Assembly (NCBI GenBank): GCA_026023565.1
Contig: JAPETS010000055.1
Coordinates: 1-64,000 of the forward strand
Origin: Cirrosporium novae-zelandiae
Taxonomy: Eukaryota
Direction: 5' to 3'
Length of the DNA: 64,000 bases
Shown here piece after piece: positions 24,543 to 37,883 of the stretch. The notes under the pieces are model-generated. The model searched no databases. It saw only the letters and a list, made by a program, of their open reading frames with translations, and was not told where the DNA came from. The translations under genes and the position numbers were made by a program. Position 1 is the stretch's first letter. Each line of letters begins with the position of its first letter.

Positions 24543-25236
24543 CTATGGAAACGTGCCGGCAGCAGTAATTTTATTCACAGCCGAACTTTGATGAAAGGGA
24601 TGAGTTTGCCAGGCGAGAGCAGCAGAGCCGGTTACAAGAGTTATAACGCTAAGCTTGACAGGGTTGAGGATGGGATACAAGATGATGCAGAAGGCAACAG
24701 TAGCGAGAACTATAGCGACGACGGCGTTTAGGAGAGGCCAGGTGAGTGTAATTGTGGGAGGTGTAGTTGAATTTGCGGCTGGAGAAAAGGCGAGATGGGT
24801 AGAAGTGACGGTAGATGTGGTTGTGAGGGCGGAGTTGGGGTCAGGAATAGAAGATTCGGGGTATTCTTGCATTGGCCCAAAGTGACCCATAAGGATATTT
24901 TTGTTTATTTCACCGACTCTACCGATGAGTTCGACGAGCGTCTGTTTGCGTACTCTTTGTTCGAACCAACCTGTCTCAAAAAGAATCTGGTTCTTCATGG
25001 CTATAATGGTATCTAGGAGGTTAGTACACCACGGTTTCCTCTACATATAAGAAGCCTTGGTAACACTTACAGTCAAGCAATTTCATGGCCTCATTAATCT
25101 GTTCATGAAATTCAGGATCCTTGTGATGTGCATGCTGTCTCAAGAATGAAATGATTGCAAGGACTTCAGCTATGAGCGTTCCTCTGACTTCATTTGAGAT
25201 GTCTTTAAGCGAATGTAATGATATTTTCTCACCCAT
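24543..25236 (-). CDS. orphan membrane protein (about 211 aa, two C-terminal hydrophobic helices)
   Basis: Canonical intron 25013-25070 (GTAAGT...ACTAAC...TAG) joins two ORFs in frame (LLD/YTIIAMKNQ). Confidence 0.7.
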
Positions 25237-25459
25237 GTTGAATGTTTTGCTATGAGAAATGGAGAAAGAATTTTCGTGTTGCAAAATGAAGTGTGAAAAC
25301 AAATAATGAAAGGAAGGTGAGCAGACGAGAATATGAAAAAAGGATGAAGCTACTCTAGGTTCTTCGATGGGCTTCCTGAATAAATAGGTACCGACTTCAT
25401 GTCCGACTCGGTGTCCATGATATGGTGTTTATCATTCCCCGCCACTACAAATCAGATAG

Positions 25460-26008
25460 TTACCATAGTTCCAAGAACACAACGCAAGATATCTTCACCC
25501 AGTTCCTCCAAAACTCTTCTAATTGATAACCAAGCTCTATGATTGTTATTGAAAGCGTGCCTATCCCGTCCTCATCTTGCCTAAAGATAAAGCCCGTGCT
25601 TCCTGCTCGTAGCTCTTTTATGAAGAGCCCTTTGATTATCAGAGCATAACCTTGGTTCCCATTTCTATTCTTATGGTCCTGTCTAGAAGGTTTTTTGTGA
25701 GAACGTTGAAAGAAAATTCGAGAAGATATCTGAACGTAGAGGCATGTATAATGAATAAAAACACCTAGCTGCCCGGTGCACAGTCTAAGTAGAGGGTTGT
25801 GATGCATAGAGGATGATGGAGGCTGAGAGAACCTAAAAATTATTCTCGGAGTGAGATTTGATGCAGTCATATCGAATTTCAAGCTAGGGAGGGAAGCACT
25901 GTTTGAAGTCCTATAAAGGAGCATGATGGGAGCATTGCTCGGTGCTCTTTCTAGCTGGGAGATAAGAGATTGGGAGACAGGGCCTGACGATGAGATCTTA
26001 TACACCAT
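25460..26008 (-). CDS. hypothetical or degenerate ORF (182 aa)
   Basis: ATG-initiated ORF only; no recognisable motif. Confidence 0.25.
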   Translation of the reverse strand: MVYKISSSGPVSQSLISQLERAPSNAPIMLLYRTSNSASLPSLKFDMTASNLTPRIIFRFSQPPSSSMHHNPLLRLCTGQLGVFIHYTCLYVQISSRIFFQRSHKKPSRQDHKNRNGNQGYALIIKGLFIKELRAGSTGFIFRQDEDGIGTLSITIIELGYQLEEFWRNWVKISCVVFLELW

Positions 26009-26246
26009 GGAGGCACCTGGATTCTTGTATACGGAGAACGGAGGCCTTGATCGGCAAAGGACCTAGACTATTTAACCTCACTGTATAAGTACCTCTCGTC
26101 ATCTCAACGGGCAGCAGCACCTCCATAATACATCTGGTCGTTTCCCTATGATTGTTACAGTATACAAGACTTTGCGTAAAGGAATTAATCAGAACTGGAA
26201 TCGGAGTCAGATGATGTGGATGAAGCTGATTAATCCCTTTTTTTTG

Positions 26247-26715
26247 TTACCTTGATGATTTCTTCTGCAAAGACTTGTCTTTCAATTTACATTCTTTACT
26301 CGCTTTCCCCTTCTCTCTGTCGTCCTTTCTTTTCCTATGCCGCTCCTTGTGTTCATTATTCCTCTTCTTTACGGGCTCAGAATCGGGTTCACTGGTTGGG
26401 AGGCATGTTTCGGTGTCCAAATCCTCGGAAGTCACTTTGGGCCACGGGATCTTGGCTACTAGTCCTCCCTTAGCTTTGGAGGATCTCTCTTTCTGGCTAG
26501 AATAACCCGTCATCTCGTTCGTTGGGTCGCCTCGATGCAGTTCAGATGTCTTTGCTCGAGTGCAGTCAGAGAACCAGATTTCCGTGAGGTTCATTTCAAA
26601 GTAGGCGCTAGCCGTAGCAACCTTCTTGAAATACTTGTATTCTAGCCACGGACTTGACTTGTTTTTAGAGTCGGTGCTCTCCTTCAAGTTGTCCCAATTG
26701 GCTAACGCATGTTGT
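26247..26715 (-). pseudogene. probable gene fragment with a Lys/Arg-rich C-terminus
   Basis: Protein-like reading frame with no ATG at its 5' end, cut off upstream by an in-frame TAA near 26730. Confidence 0.3.
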
Positions 26716-27093
26716 CTAGAACGCGTTCTTTATCTAGCGGCCATTCCAGCAATTACAGGCCTTCTAGTGATGTCACGAAAACCGCATACTCTTCTCTCTA
26801 TCGAAGATAACTGGCAGCTTGCAATCAAGCCTTTGGCTCTACCTGTCAAGGCGATCAAGGCTTTTCTTCCAGATCTCTAATGCGTGGCCCTTGTTGAGTG
26901 GCGGATAATAAAGGGCACACTGGGCATGAGACTTGATTGCTTCATCAAATTCACCAACACAGTTGGTTGCCAGAATGAGTATATCAGAGTAATACTCCAG
27001 AACTAGTGGAAAAACTGGGGCATGTTAGATATCTTCAATTTTTGATGATTGGGATAAGTAGGCCTGACACGAGATTGTGACTGATCTAAATTA

Positions 27094-27268
27094 TTTGTCA
27101 TGTTTGTCTGTTCATAGACCAGTCAAAGCTGTCCAGGACGTCAAGGACTGGTCTTAAGCTGTCGTCATGGACTGGTCCATGAACAAGCACAGCAAACACA
27201 GCAAACACAGCAAACAGTCCTTAACTGCTTTGACTAGTCTTCGATAATTACAACTAACATAGCAAACA
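27094..27268. repeat. dispersed hairpin repeat family, copy B (MITE-like)
   Basis: Inverted repeats TGTTCATAGACCAGTC (27109-24)/GACTGGTCCATGAACA (27170-85) and AGACCAGTCAAAGC/GCTTTGACTAGTCT; internal (CAGCAAACA)x3. Confidence 0.7.
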
Positions 27269-27703
27269 TCAGCCTATCTTCTACGGACACCTTTCATATA
27301 TGATTACTTTATTCAAGTCAAATATCTAAGGAATCTGGGAACTTCTCCCTATTTTCTTTCAGAAGGATCAGCTAGCTTTTCTATGCTAGGAAAGTGGCTT
27401 ACTGTCTAATCTAAGGAACAAATAATTAGACTCAACGATCCTATTCACTAGCCACACAAGCCTTCTTCTAAATATCAAGAAATATATCCTCCAATTATTC
27501 ACCGACCATGTGATTTGGGAATAGTTTTTTTTTACTTTGCACATTCAATCCCTTCATCGCTACCTTCTAGATAAAAAAAGGAGTATACGCTTTAACTCAA
27601 CTCAACCCAACTCAATCCAACCCCCTACCACTTAATTACCCACTCATGTATCCTACATCAAGCCCCTCTTCCCTAGGACCAAATCCCATCCACCTCAACC
27701 AAT

Positions 27704-28119
27704 CTAAAGGGCCACCCTATCAAACACAGCCCAAGTCCTTGGGGTAACCCAAAGCGGCTTCGTCGCAGCCTCATAAGGCACATAATATGGTTTCGTAAGT
27801 TGATGCTAACTCCCATGATCAAAGAGTCAGCCCTCTGTCTTCCCTTTCTCGAAAAAAAAATACACAAAAATATATAAAAACCCACCTCCTTGAACCACTC
27901 CCACTCTTTACTCCAATTCTCCACCCACCGAAACTTCCCCGGCTCATCCTGGAATTGAAATACCTCGAAGGAAATGAGTTCAGGTTCGGCACGGCAGGCC
28001 TCTACACAGATTTTAAAATGGGCGAGGAACTTTTCAATGTTTTCCGGGGCGATTTTGACTTCGACGTGGAGGCAGAAGCCGGGGAGGGTGGTTAGTTTGA
28101 GGGGGGAAGGGGTGGACAT
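27704..28119 (-). CDS. ABM (antibiotic biosynthesis monooxygenase)-fold dimeric alpha/beta barrel protein, 111 aa
   Basis: LHVEVKIAPENIEKFL...AEPELISFEV...PGKFRWVENW; intron 27806-27885 gives the C-terminus HQLTKPYYVPYEAATKPLW. Confidence 0.85.
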
Positions 28120-28748
28120 TTTGACCGTTAATGTTTATTTGTTGGTTGTGTTGGGTCTGGGATGAATGAATGAATCAGGATGCTTTGGTAAAGACGTTGC
28201 TCAGGTCGATGAACCTACCATTTTCATACACACATATATATATATAAATGAGTCCATTGATGCCATACAATCATAGACACCAACCCCCCCCCACACACGT
28301 CCATACTAACAATACCCCACCTACATCCTTCGCATTAATAACATCACATCATATTACATCCACCTCCCGTTTCCCCTCCGCGGTGAATTTATAAGCAAAC
28401 AAAAAAAGAACTTAAGTCGAGCCAAGAAACCAAGAGGTACCTATCTAAGTAACTCCACCACCTACTTATTCATAAAACAAGACGATAGAACAAAATAAAA
28501 TAAACAGAATAAATCCCCCTCTAAGCTAATTTTTTCCCCCTAACTCGCCAGAAGGCATCTCTATTTATTCATGAAGACGGTCCAGCTTAAGACATTCACG
28601 CGGCATTCCATATTCCTATACTATAGAAAGAGACTTGGGACGACATAAAAGATCACTAGTCCAATACTAGTATGACCAATCCCTTAGTGCTCACAAGCTC
28701 TTAGAATATCAAACCTAACCTAGTAGCATCTATAACATCCGACAAACC

Positions 28749-28790
<42 letters not shown>
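28749..28790. repeat. (GACA)n microsatellite
   Basis: About 10 perfect units. Confidence 0.95.
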
Positions 28791-29870
28791 TATGTCCCAC
28801 CATCATCACCTACCACCTACCACCAGTTCCCCCTCCATTTATCTCTCCTATCCCATCCCATCCCAACTAAAACCCGCACCACAACCGTTAATATTTCCCC
28901 AATTCGGAGCGGTGGAGATGAAGGGTGGGGCTTGAGTTGAATTGTTGAATTGTTGGTTGGTGGGATTAACAATAATACATACATTAGTATATAGTAATCA
29001 TTCGTGATTACTAATCGCCGTTTGTCATTGTTTAGGATTAGGTATGGTATGTTTAGAATGATATGGGGTGGGATAATATGGTGATATAGTCTAGCGGTTA
29101 GGATGTAATGGAATTGGATGTACTAAGAGTAATATATTAAGTAGAAGCGCGGGAAAGCGCGCCTTGCGCGTCCAGTCCTCTCGGTATAATATATATAGAT
29201 ATAAACACTCACCCTCAACTTTCGGACGGTTTGTAAAATCGCTAGTTTTGCATGTATTAGTGTGTGGTATAAAAGAAGTCCTCTTCGGTTTTTTTTTACA
29301 ACGTGGGTTAGTTATTTGGTAGGTGTAAACTGCAGTAGGAATGTATATATGGGTCAATGGTTAGATTTCTATAAAGGAGTGAGGGGTAAATTGGCTCAAG
29401 CGGTAGGAATAATATCCGCCAAGCGCTGAGGGGCTGAGGCTGAGGCTGGGCGTGGGGGAGGGTAGGGGGGGTGGTAAAGGATAATAATCAGTACAACAAC
29501 ACATTCATACATACAAACTCGACCTCCCCCTCCCGCTTATCCACCGTTAGGTTGCACAAATATACCGTACCAATTATCATAAGGAATGCAAAGCCCCTCC
29601 TACCCCGCCAGCATTTTGCCTACAACATCTAGGATATGAAGGTCCCAGAAGGCTTTAGATCTAGGGGGTATATAATGAGTGTTGGATATTCGTATTTAAA
29701 TCTAGAATTCGAAGAGTGGTGATGGGCTTTTCGCGAAGAAGAAAAATAAGCACGAGGAGGTGCTTTAGAGGTTGGAGGTTAGGTTTTGGATTTATTTTTA
29801 TGTCGTTGTTAGGTGAGGGTAAGGACAATTTGGTGGATAGAGCTGAGAGGAGGGGATTGATGGCTAGCGT

Positions 29871-29961
29871 TGTGAACAAACAGAGCAAACATAGCAAACA
29901 GCTTAGACTGGGCCAAAGCGGGCCTAAACTGTTTGTCATGGTTGTTTGTTCATGGACCAGT
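29871..29961. repeat. dispersed hairpin repeat family, copy C
   Basis: Reverse complement ACTGGTCCATGAACAAAC...CAAACAGT...GCTTTGGCCCAGTCT aligns with 27171-27240; the copy is itself an imperfect palindrome. Confidence 0.7.
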
Positions 29962-30358
29962 GCAAGTTGTCAAGGTCATGAAACATACAAGACAAGAAAA
30001 AAATGGATGTCAAGTCGAGATGAACTATCCCTTACATTCGTTGTTAGTATAAAACATATGACGGTCATTGAAATGAAGGAAAAAGCTGAGCTGAAAAATA
30101 TCAAGTAGTATGAATCTGTTCCATCCATTTTCATTGGGTATAAGTTCGTCTGATATGATAGTCTGATTCATTAGGTATAGAAATACTACAGAAAAGACAC
30201 CGGCAGTAGAGAAACAAGCTTGCATGCTTAAGAACACTTCACTTTTCGAGAATATACCTTGCCCAGCCTCAACCCCAGAACTCCGGGACACCTCTTATAG
30301 ATATAAACATATAAAAAGCAAATCTCTCGGAATACCGTACCGGCAAGTTTCCAAGTTT

Positions 30359-31047
30359 CTATGACATATCCATACCATGATCATTTTCGATACTTGGCTT
30401 AATCTCTCCTTCGATTTCCATTGCATCAACGTCACCTAAATCTTCCTCATCGGTTGCATCGAGCCCATTAGTCCTATTTCCATTCACTTTGGTAGCCTGA
30501 TTACCCTCCGACACCATGACCCCATTCGTTTTTAACCTTGTTCCATCAAGTGTTGTCTGCCCTTTCTCCACTAGCTTACTACTGCCATTGACTGGTTCTT
30601 TAGCCTTCTGGGCTTTGTATTGTTTGTATGTCATTGTCTTCGGAATCACATCAGATAGGAACTCAAGGTTGTCAATTCGTGACACGGCGTTTGCGAGGTC
30701 CTTATACTGGATGTTGCGACGGGGTTTTCGTTCGGATTTCACGACATTATAGGCTTGTTCTGATAGGTACCGGATAAACATTTCCTAGGGACGTTAGGAA
30801 GATAACCCTTTCTATGATAGGACAAGGTGGGCAAGACTAACAGTAGCAATAGTAATAGCAAAAGCGGCATTATTAGAACACTGATTAATATCTTCGTCTA
30901 CTTGAAGAATGCGTTTGACTCGTGCAACTAGAAAACAATTAGTACAGACAGAGTAGCCAGAATTATAATATCAAAGGGCATACGGGGAAGGGATGCGGTC
31001 CCAGTTATCTCCTCTGAAGGTGGTATGGCGGTATTGTTGTAAGGCAT
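30359..31047 (-). CDS. H2A-like histone-fold protein (DNA Pol epsilon DPB3 / CHRAC Dls1-like)
   Basis: SLP/LARVKRILQVDEDI..CSNNAAFAITIAT/EMFIRYL..RRNIQYKDLANAVSRIDNLEFLSDVIP; two introns. Confidence 0.9.
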
Positions 31048-31370
31048 TATGAGCTGAAATAAAGGAGGTAAAATAGCGGTTCTGTGAGGGATATAGGATC
31101 CTTCAGAAATGTCCTGGTAGCTTTCTAATAATAATCTTAGAGTGTCATAAACAAGTGAACTTTGAGCTGGTTGCTAATTATCAAAAGTGGTAGGAGAGAG
31201 GGGCAGAGGAGGCTAGAGAAAATACTTCAAGGGGAGCTATTAGGTATTAAGTCGTAAGCAAATCCAGTGGCATGAGTTGCATCCTGTGATATGAAGGTGA
31301 ACAAAGTCTGATCTATTTAAATATTTACTATGAATATTTTGAAATTGTAAATGTTAAATTGTATTTCTAG

Positions 31371-31376
31371 ACGCGT
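31371..31376. promoter_or_regulatory. MCB (MluI) box in the divergent promoter of the histone-fold and CLC genes
   Basis: ACGCGT at the end of an AT-rich tract; fits S-phase regulation of a Pol epsilon subunit. Confidence 0.35.
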
Positions 31377-31537
31377 CAAGGCACGGGCCTTTAATTAAGG
31401 TCTGAAAGCGGCAGCCTGTCGTGTTGTGCGTCGGACTCCCGTCCCCAAGCTTATCCTCCGACTTCCACGAAACTGAACCACCCTATCAAAAAGCGCATTA
31501 TATCTCTCCTCCACGCCATGCGCACCCACTCGATGTT

Positions 31538-34350
31538 ATGACCTCCCGTTCATCATCCTATTCGGCGCAGCCTCAACCTCACATTCGTCCAAGTTTCCAA
31601 GATAGAGGCATCAGAAGGCGACTATCCACCCTTTCGGTCGTGGAACGAGGTCAGAGTTACGATGGAGAGGCTACCCGCACAGAAGAACATGTTATTACCG
31701 AGGAAATCGAGGAGATAAAGCGATACGAGGATTTTACAACTATAGATTGGGTGCAGGACGCCGCGAAGGACCAAGCGAGACGAAGAGCGAGGAGGAGGGA
31801 AAATACAGGTTCCTTTGATGAAAAAGAGTCATTAGGATGGAGGAGAAGGTTGAGTGATGCATATGATGCTGGACAGGCATGGCTTGTTGTTACACTCGTC
31901 GGTGCAGCAATTGGCCTCAATGCAGCATTCTTGAGTGTCGTGACAGAGTGGTTGTCGGATATGAAGCTGGGATACTGTACAACCGCATTCTACCTTAATG
32001 AGCAATTTTGCTGTTGGGGTTCGGAGAATGGTTAGTTGCTACTAAAAGTTCCTTCTGAAATCTAGGCTTATATTTCTAGGTTGTCCTGAATGGCATAAAT
32101 GGGGTGGTTCCTTCTGGCCCCTTAATTATTTCCTCTACACGTCGTTTGCCGTGGTCTTTGCATGGACCTCAGCTACTCTAGTTAGAAAATACGCCCCTTA
32201 TGCCGCCGGTTCAGGTATTTCGGAAATCAAATGCATCGTTGCCGGCTTTGTTATGAAGGGCTTTCTCGGCTGTTGGACACTCGTCATAAAGTCCATCGGG
32301 CTGCCTCTGTCTATAGCTTCGGGACTGTCGGTAGGGAAAGAAGGCCCTAGTGTACATTACGCGGTTTGCATTGGCAATGTTATATCTCGATTCTTTGAGA
32401 AGTACAGGAAAAGCGCGGCAAAAACTAGGGAAATCCTCAGCGCCTGTGCTGGTGCTGGGGTTGCTGTGGCCTTTGGCAGCCCAATTGGTGGTGTTTTATT
32501 TGCATTGGAGGTATATATGTCGACCTACAGCTGTATCTAAGTGCTAACTGTTGCAGGAAATATCCAGTTCCTTTCCGATGAAGACAATGTGGAGAAGTTT
32601 TTTTTGTGCTTTGGTTGCTACTGCTGTTCTTTCTGTAAGATCTAACTGATGAAAATCCAATTTAATGCTGATCCTCTCTAGGTTATGAATCCTTTCAGAA
32701 CTGGTCAGTTGGTCATGTTCTCAGTTAAATACGACCGGACATGGCATTTTTTTGAGGTGTTCTTCTTTATTATCTTAGGAGTTTTCGGGGGGCTATACGG
32801 TGCATTTGTTATTAAAGGGCATCTCAAGATGTCAGCATTTCGAAAAAAGTATCTCGCGAAATATGCAGTCGGTGAAGCTACATTCCTTGCTTTTGCTACA
32901 GCTCTTCTCTGCTATCCCAACATCTTCCTTAGGATTGATATGACTGAGAGTATGGAGATTCTATTCCAGGAGTGTGAAGGTGGTCATGACTACCACGGCC
33001 TCTGCGAGTGAGCATATTCCTGCCTTTTTCTGGACATATCTAATATATATACAGGCGTAAGAATCGTTGGTACATGATTTTTACTCTTGCTTGGGCTACA
33101 ATTCTTCGAGCATGCCTAGTGGTTCTCTCATATGGTGCCAAAGTTCCTGCTGGGTGTTTTGTTCCATCTATGGCCATAGGAGCAACGTTCGGACGAATGG
33201 TTGGAATCATCGTGCAAGGTTTACATGAATCATTTCCTCATTCTCGATTATTTGCGGCTTGCGAGCCCGATGTGCCATGTATTACTCCAGGCACATATGC
33301 CTTCCTTGGAGCAGGAGCCGCACTAAGTGGAATCATGCATATAACAGTCACTGTTGTAGTCATCATGTTCGAATTGACAGGAGCTCTGACGTATATTCTG
33401 CCCACAATGGTAAGCCTACCAGTCTCCGAATATTAATATTCATACTAACGTTGGTTAAGATCGTCGTCGGAATCACCAAAGCTGTTAGTGAACGCTTTGG
33501 CAAAGGGGGAATAGCAGATCGGATGATATGGTTCAGCGGTTTCCCCTTCCTAGACAACAAAGAGGAGCATACCTTTGGCGTCCCGGTATCACGGGCAATG
33601 ACAAGCCAAATTACCGCACTTCCAGTCACAGGACTCCAGGTTCGAGCAGCGGAGAAATTACTACAGGAACGGTCTTTCTCTGGATTCCCAATTATACAAG
33701 ATAAGACATCCCGGATTCTTATAGGGTATATCGGTCGTACAGAACTGCTCTATGCGGTCGATCGCGCCAAACGAGAAGGGATGATGTCCCCAACCGCAAC
33801 GTGTGTGTTTGACCCTCAAGGGTACCAATCCACACGAACACCAGCAACATTGGAACCTTCAACTACATTCGATGCCATAGCGAGCTCCTCTGGCTTACAA
33901 ACCGTGGACTTTAGTCGCTATATCGATTCTACACCCTTGGCAGTACACCCGCGCCTTGCCCTTGAAACGGTCATGGAGATCTTCAAAAAGATGGGTCCCC
34001 GGGTGATTCTAGTTGAGCATCGCGGCAAATTGGTCGGCTTAGTCACCGTAAAGGACTGTTTAAAGTACCAGTTCAAGGTGGAAGCGCAGGAGCATCCAAA
34101 GGAGAACACGAACGAAGAAGAGCAGGAACGAATATGGGACATCATGAATAACACGGGCGATTGGATTGCTGATAGAGTCTTGAGCATCTCCAGGGGCAGG
34201 CTGAGTATCGGGGGGAGATCTAGGACGAGAGGAAGCCCGTCGAGGAGGGAGCCGAGTGTTCATACGGCTGTTCCTTCGGGTCATGCTCATGGGATTCTGG
34301 ATGGGACTGAGGATGATGACGGTGGAGTGGAACTGGAAAGCCGACGATAA
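31538..34350 (+). CDS. CLC-family chloride channel/antiporter (GEF1-like) with CBS domains
   Basis: [36 protein letters not shown] and two CBS domains; 5 introns. Confidence 0.95.
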
Positions 34351-34661
34351 TGGTGATGATGATGGCTTGTGTTCCCAGGATGGATATTTGAAATCTTTTT
34401 TGTCTTAAGTACTATTAGCGCTTTAATTGATAGACATATGAACACACCGGAGGAGCTAGTGGATGCATATGTATATGTATTTATCATGAATATGAGAGTT
34501 TTCTTTAAGGATCTAGCTGACTTTGTTCACCCGTTACGGAGAACCAAAAGCCCTTTATATTTTATACCGGGTATATCCAACCCTATAGGCAATTCCCCAA
34601 ACTCCAATCCCGAATCCCATTTCCCAAAACAAGCAACTAAACCACTCATCTAACCCCCATC

Positions 34662-35600
34662 TCACCTACCTAACTCATCCTCCCCCTTATCCTCCTCATC
34701 CAACTCCACCAACTCATCCTCCGCAATCCCCCCCTCCTCATCCCCATTTCTCCTCCTCAACAACCCTTCACTCTCCTCTCCCCCAACCCCAACCCCAACC
34801 CCGGTGCCCCCACTCACATTCCCTTTCCCTTTCCCTTTCCCTCCCTCCTCCCTCGCCCCAATAACAACACACCCCGCCGCCATAACCACCGCGCCCAAAA
34901 CCCAAATCCCCGAAATCGCCTCCCCGAAAATCACCCAGCCCAAAAACCCCGTCAGCAAGAAATTCGCCGATGTGTTTACCACGGACACGCGGGTTGTGGA
35001 GGATGCGGCTGTGAGCGCCCACGTGAACAGCGTCCACATGAGGGCGTTGAAGGCGAGGTTTAGGAGGAAAAAGAGACTGCGAAGGAAGAGAGTTGTGGGG
35101 GGGAGGTAGCTGGGTGGGAGGTGGAGGTGGGTAATTAGGGTTGAAGCGAGGGTTGAAGTTAGGGAGGTTGTTGTTCTAGGAGGGGGGTTAGTGAGAGCGT
35201 GGAGGTGGAGGTGGTGATTTTGGGAAGAGGGGGGGGGATTGCTGGGTCGAAGAGTTGTAACACAACATAGGTTGTCAGGGCCTGAACGCTTTGCGCATTT
35301 CATCCATCTACCCATTCATCTGGACCCCAGAAACCAATACAATACAATACAACACAAGGAGGGAACAACGACGACAATCACTCACAATTTCGCAAAGACC
35401 CCATTCGCCGCAGCCGCACATCCGCTCGCTACCGCCAGGATCACCCACAGCGAAGCCTGCGACATGATTCGTGAATGCTCTTCGTCGGAGGGTTTCGGTA
35501 CGGATTTTAAGGGGTTTTTTGATAGTAATGGTGATGGTGGGGTGGGAGATGGGGTTGTGGAGGAAGACTCCCCCGGTTGGGTTGAACGGTGCCGCAGCAT
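34662..35600 (-). CDS. TMEM42-like / EamA-type small membrane protein
   Basis: LAVASGCAAAANGVFAKL/TT...NALMWTLFTWAL..SSTTRVSVVNTSANF..G.VIFGE; intron 35176-35385. Start may instead be at 35465. Confidence 0.85.
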
Positions 35601-36273
35601 AGTGGGTGGTGGAGGATTTGAGGCGTTGGTGGATAGGGAAGGGGGGACTGAGCTAAGGGCGGCACGGTTTGTTTGTTGGTTAGGGTTATCTTAAAGGTGG
35701 ATCTTGGGGTAGGGTGGTGCTATTGTTAGATTTAATCGATTGGGGGAGGGAGAGAGAGAGATCGGGCTTGGCTTTGGATATTTGTTCCGTGGACAGTTGC
35801 CTAGTTAATGTTATGACTACATCATCAGATGAATGTGAATTCTAGTAATTACTGGATGTGCTATGTTGGCTTTGGGGGGAGCAAACAGGGAGACTGTATT
35901 TTTGGGACTTTTGGGCTCTTTGCTTCTGGGTGTACTAAAGTACGAGATTTTCCAAGTCTAGATGTTGTAGGCCTTCCAAGGTCGCTATGATTCTGCGCAG
36001 CTCGTTATTGACTGTGTATAATATTTATTTGACTTTGAACATGAATGGCTTTGTCATCTGTTCCCCAAAGCATTCATCTATGCCTCCAAATTATACATCT
36101 TCCACCCGGGTATCATATTAATTTGGAGACCAGGCCTAGTCTCCGACCTAACTCCGCTGTAATTCAATTACCCATATGCAAAGAGACCCCATAATAGTCC
36201 ATAAGTATTCTCAATTTTGATTCTTCAGCGACGGCATAGGCCATTCTTTTCCCCTAGCTAACTCTTAAGCGGT

Positions 36274-36747
36274 CTAAGCTTCACCGGGCTTCTTGCTGCT
36301 ACAGCAGATGATCTTGATCTTATCAGCCGGAAGGTTTTGTTGGTTATCAAGCTTGAAGGTGATATCCTTGATCAAGAAGGTCCAGACATCATCACAAAAG
36401 CGATACGTATCAAGATGACCCTGTATCGTCAATGGCAGGTCCGATAATCAGCCAGTTGTCAACCAAAAACAAGCATAATGTTGTGTTATATGGCATCACT
36501 GCATTACCTTGAAAGTTAGCCGAGCCTTTACTTTGTCAGCCAAAACATCTGCGACGGCACGATCATAGTTGCCCATGATCTTGAGGGCCAACTGAGGTTC
36601 GATCCGACCTTCGTTGATGAGCGCATCGAGGGCATCGGTCAAGGTCAGGCCGATGCTGTCAAGGGGATTAGTATTCCATTCCTTAAGGTAACGGTGAAAG
36701 AATAGCTACCTGCTACCACGGTAAATTTCGTAATATTGATTGCTCAT
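36274..36747 (-). CDS. TOA2: transcription initiation factor IIA gamma subunit
   Basis: [52 protein letters not shown]; 3 exons, absent from the ORF track. Confidence 0.95.
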
Positions 36748-37062
36748 GTTGACCGTAGCGACAGATAGACCGTAGTGGCAGAGAGGCCAAAGTATTATGA
36801 ATATGTGGCTTGAGCCTTGAGCCAAGTGGGATATTTGTAACAAGGCAAGTTAATGAAGGGTTTAGGAAGTAAATGACATCGGAGGCAGAGCCGCTATTAG
36901 CGCGACCTAATCACTTGGCTGGAGCTTCGAGATTGATTTCCCGACGAAGTAGACGCGCTACAGAACATCATCAATTTGACTTCACTTTCTACCCAACCAG
37001 AAGTTTTATTCCTATTCACTCACTCACTAAACTTCTCCTAATATACTGAGCTGAAGGTCAAT

Positions 37063-37883
37063 ATGGGAGGTCTTACATATGCTACAGGCGGTGCGACCGC
37101 TGCCCTCGCCGTTGTTGGAGCTTGTAGGTTGATGCCTTGTTTTGCCAACAAGCTATTGCTAATGATGCTTGGAAATAGACATGTTATTCAATGATGAAGG
37201 GGAACAGTTTAATGTTAGTTGGGCATCTGGTTTGCGCTGGTTTATATGTTGACACGTTCTATCAGGTTGGACAATTTATTGAATCTATATCTCCTTTCGC
37301 TTGGGCAGACCTTGGAATAGGTCTCTGCATAGGATTGTCGGTTGTTGGAGCTGCCTGGTATATCCTACAACTCCATGTTCCCTAGTCATTTGTACTAAAC
37401 ATGTCTATAGGGGCATTTTCATTACCGGATCCTCGATCCTCGGAGGAGGTGTGAAAGCACCCCGGATACGAACGAAGAACTTGATTTCCATTATTTTCTG
37501 TGAAGTCGTGGCCATCTACGGAGTTATCATGTCCATCGTATTTTCTGCCAAAGTGAACTATGTTCAAGGGGACGCTATACATTCTGGGGCAAACTACTAC
37601 ACTGGGTTTGCGTTGTTCTGGGCCGGATTGACAGTGGGCATGTGCAATCTCGTGTGCGGTGTCTCGGTTGGCATCAACGGGAGTAGCGCAGCTCTAGCAG
37701 ATGCCGCTGATCCAACTTTGTGAGTTTTAGATTGATGTCGATCCATCAAGGCCATGATCGTTATTCTAACATTGGCATAGGTTCGTCAAGATTCTCGTCA
37801 TTGAGATTTTCAGCTCCGTCCTTGGCTTGTTTGGTCTTATCATCGGATTGTTGGTATCTTCAAAGGCTGCAGAATTCGAGTGA
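37063..37883 (+). CDS. VMA16: V-ATPase proteolipid subunit c''
   Basis: [52 protein letters not shown]; 4 introns; divergent from TOA2. Confidence 0.95.
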
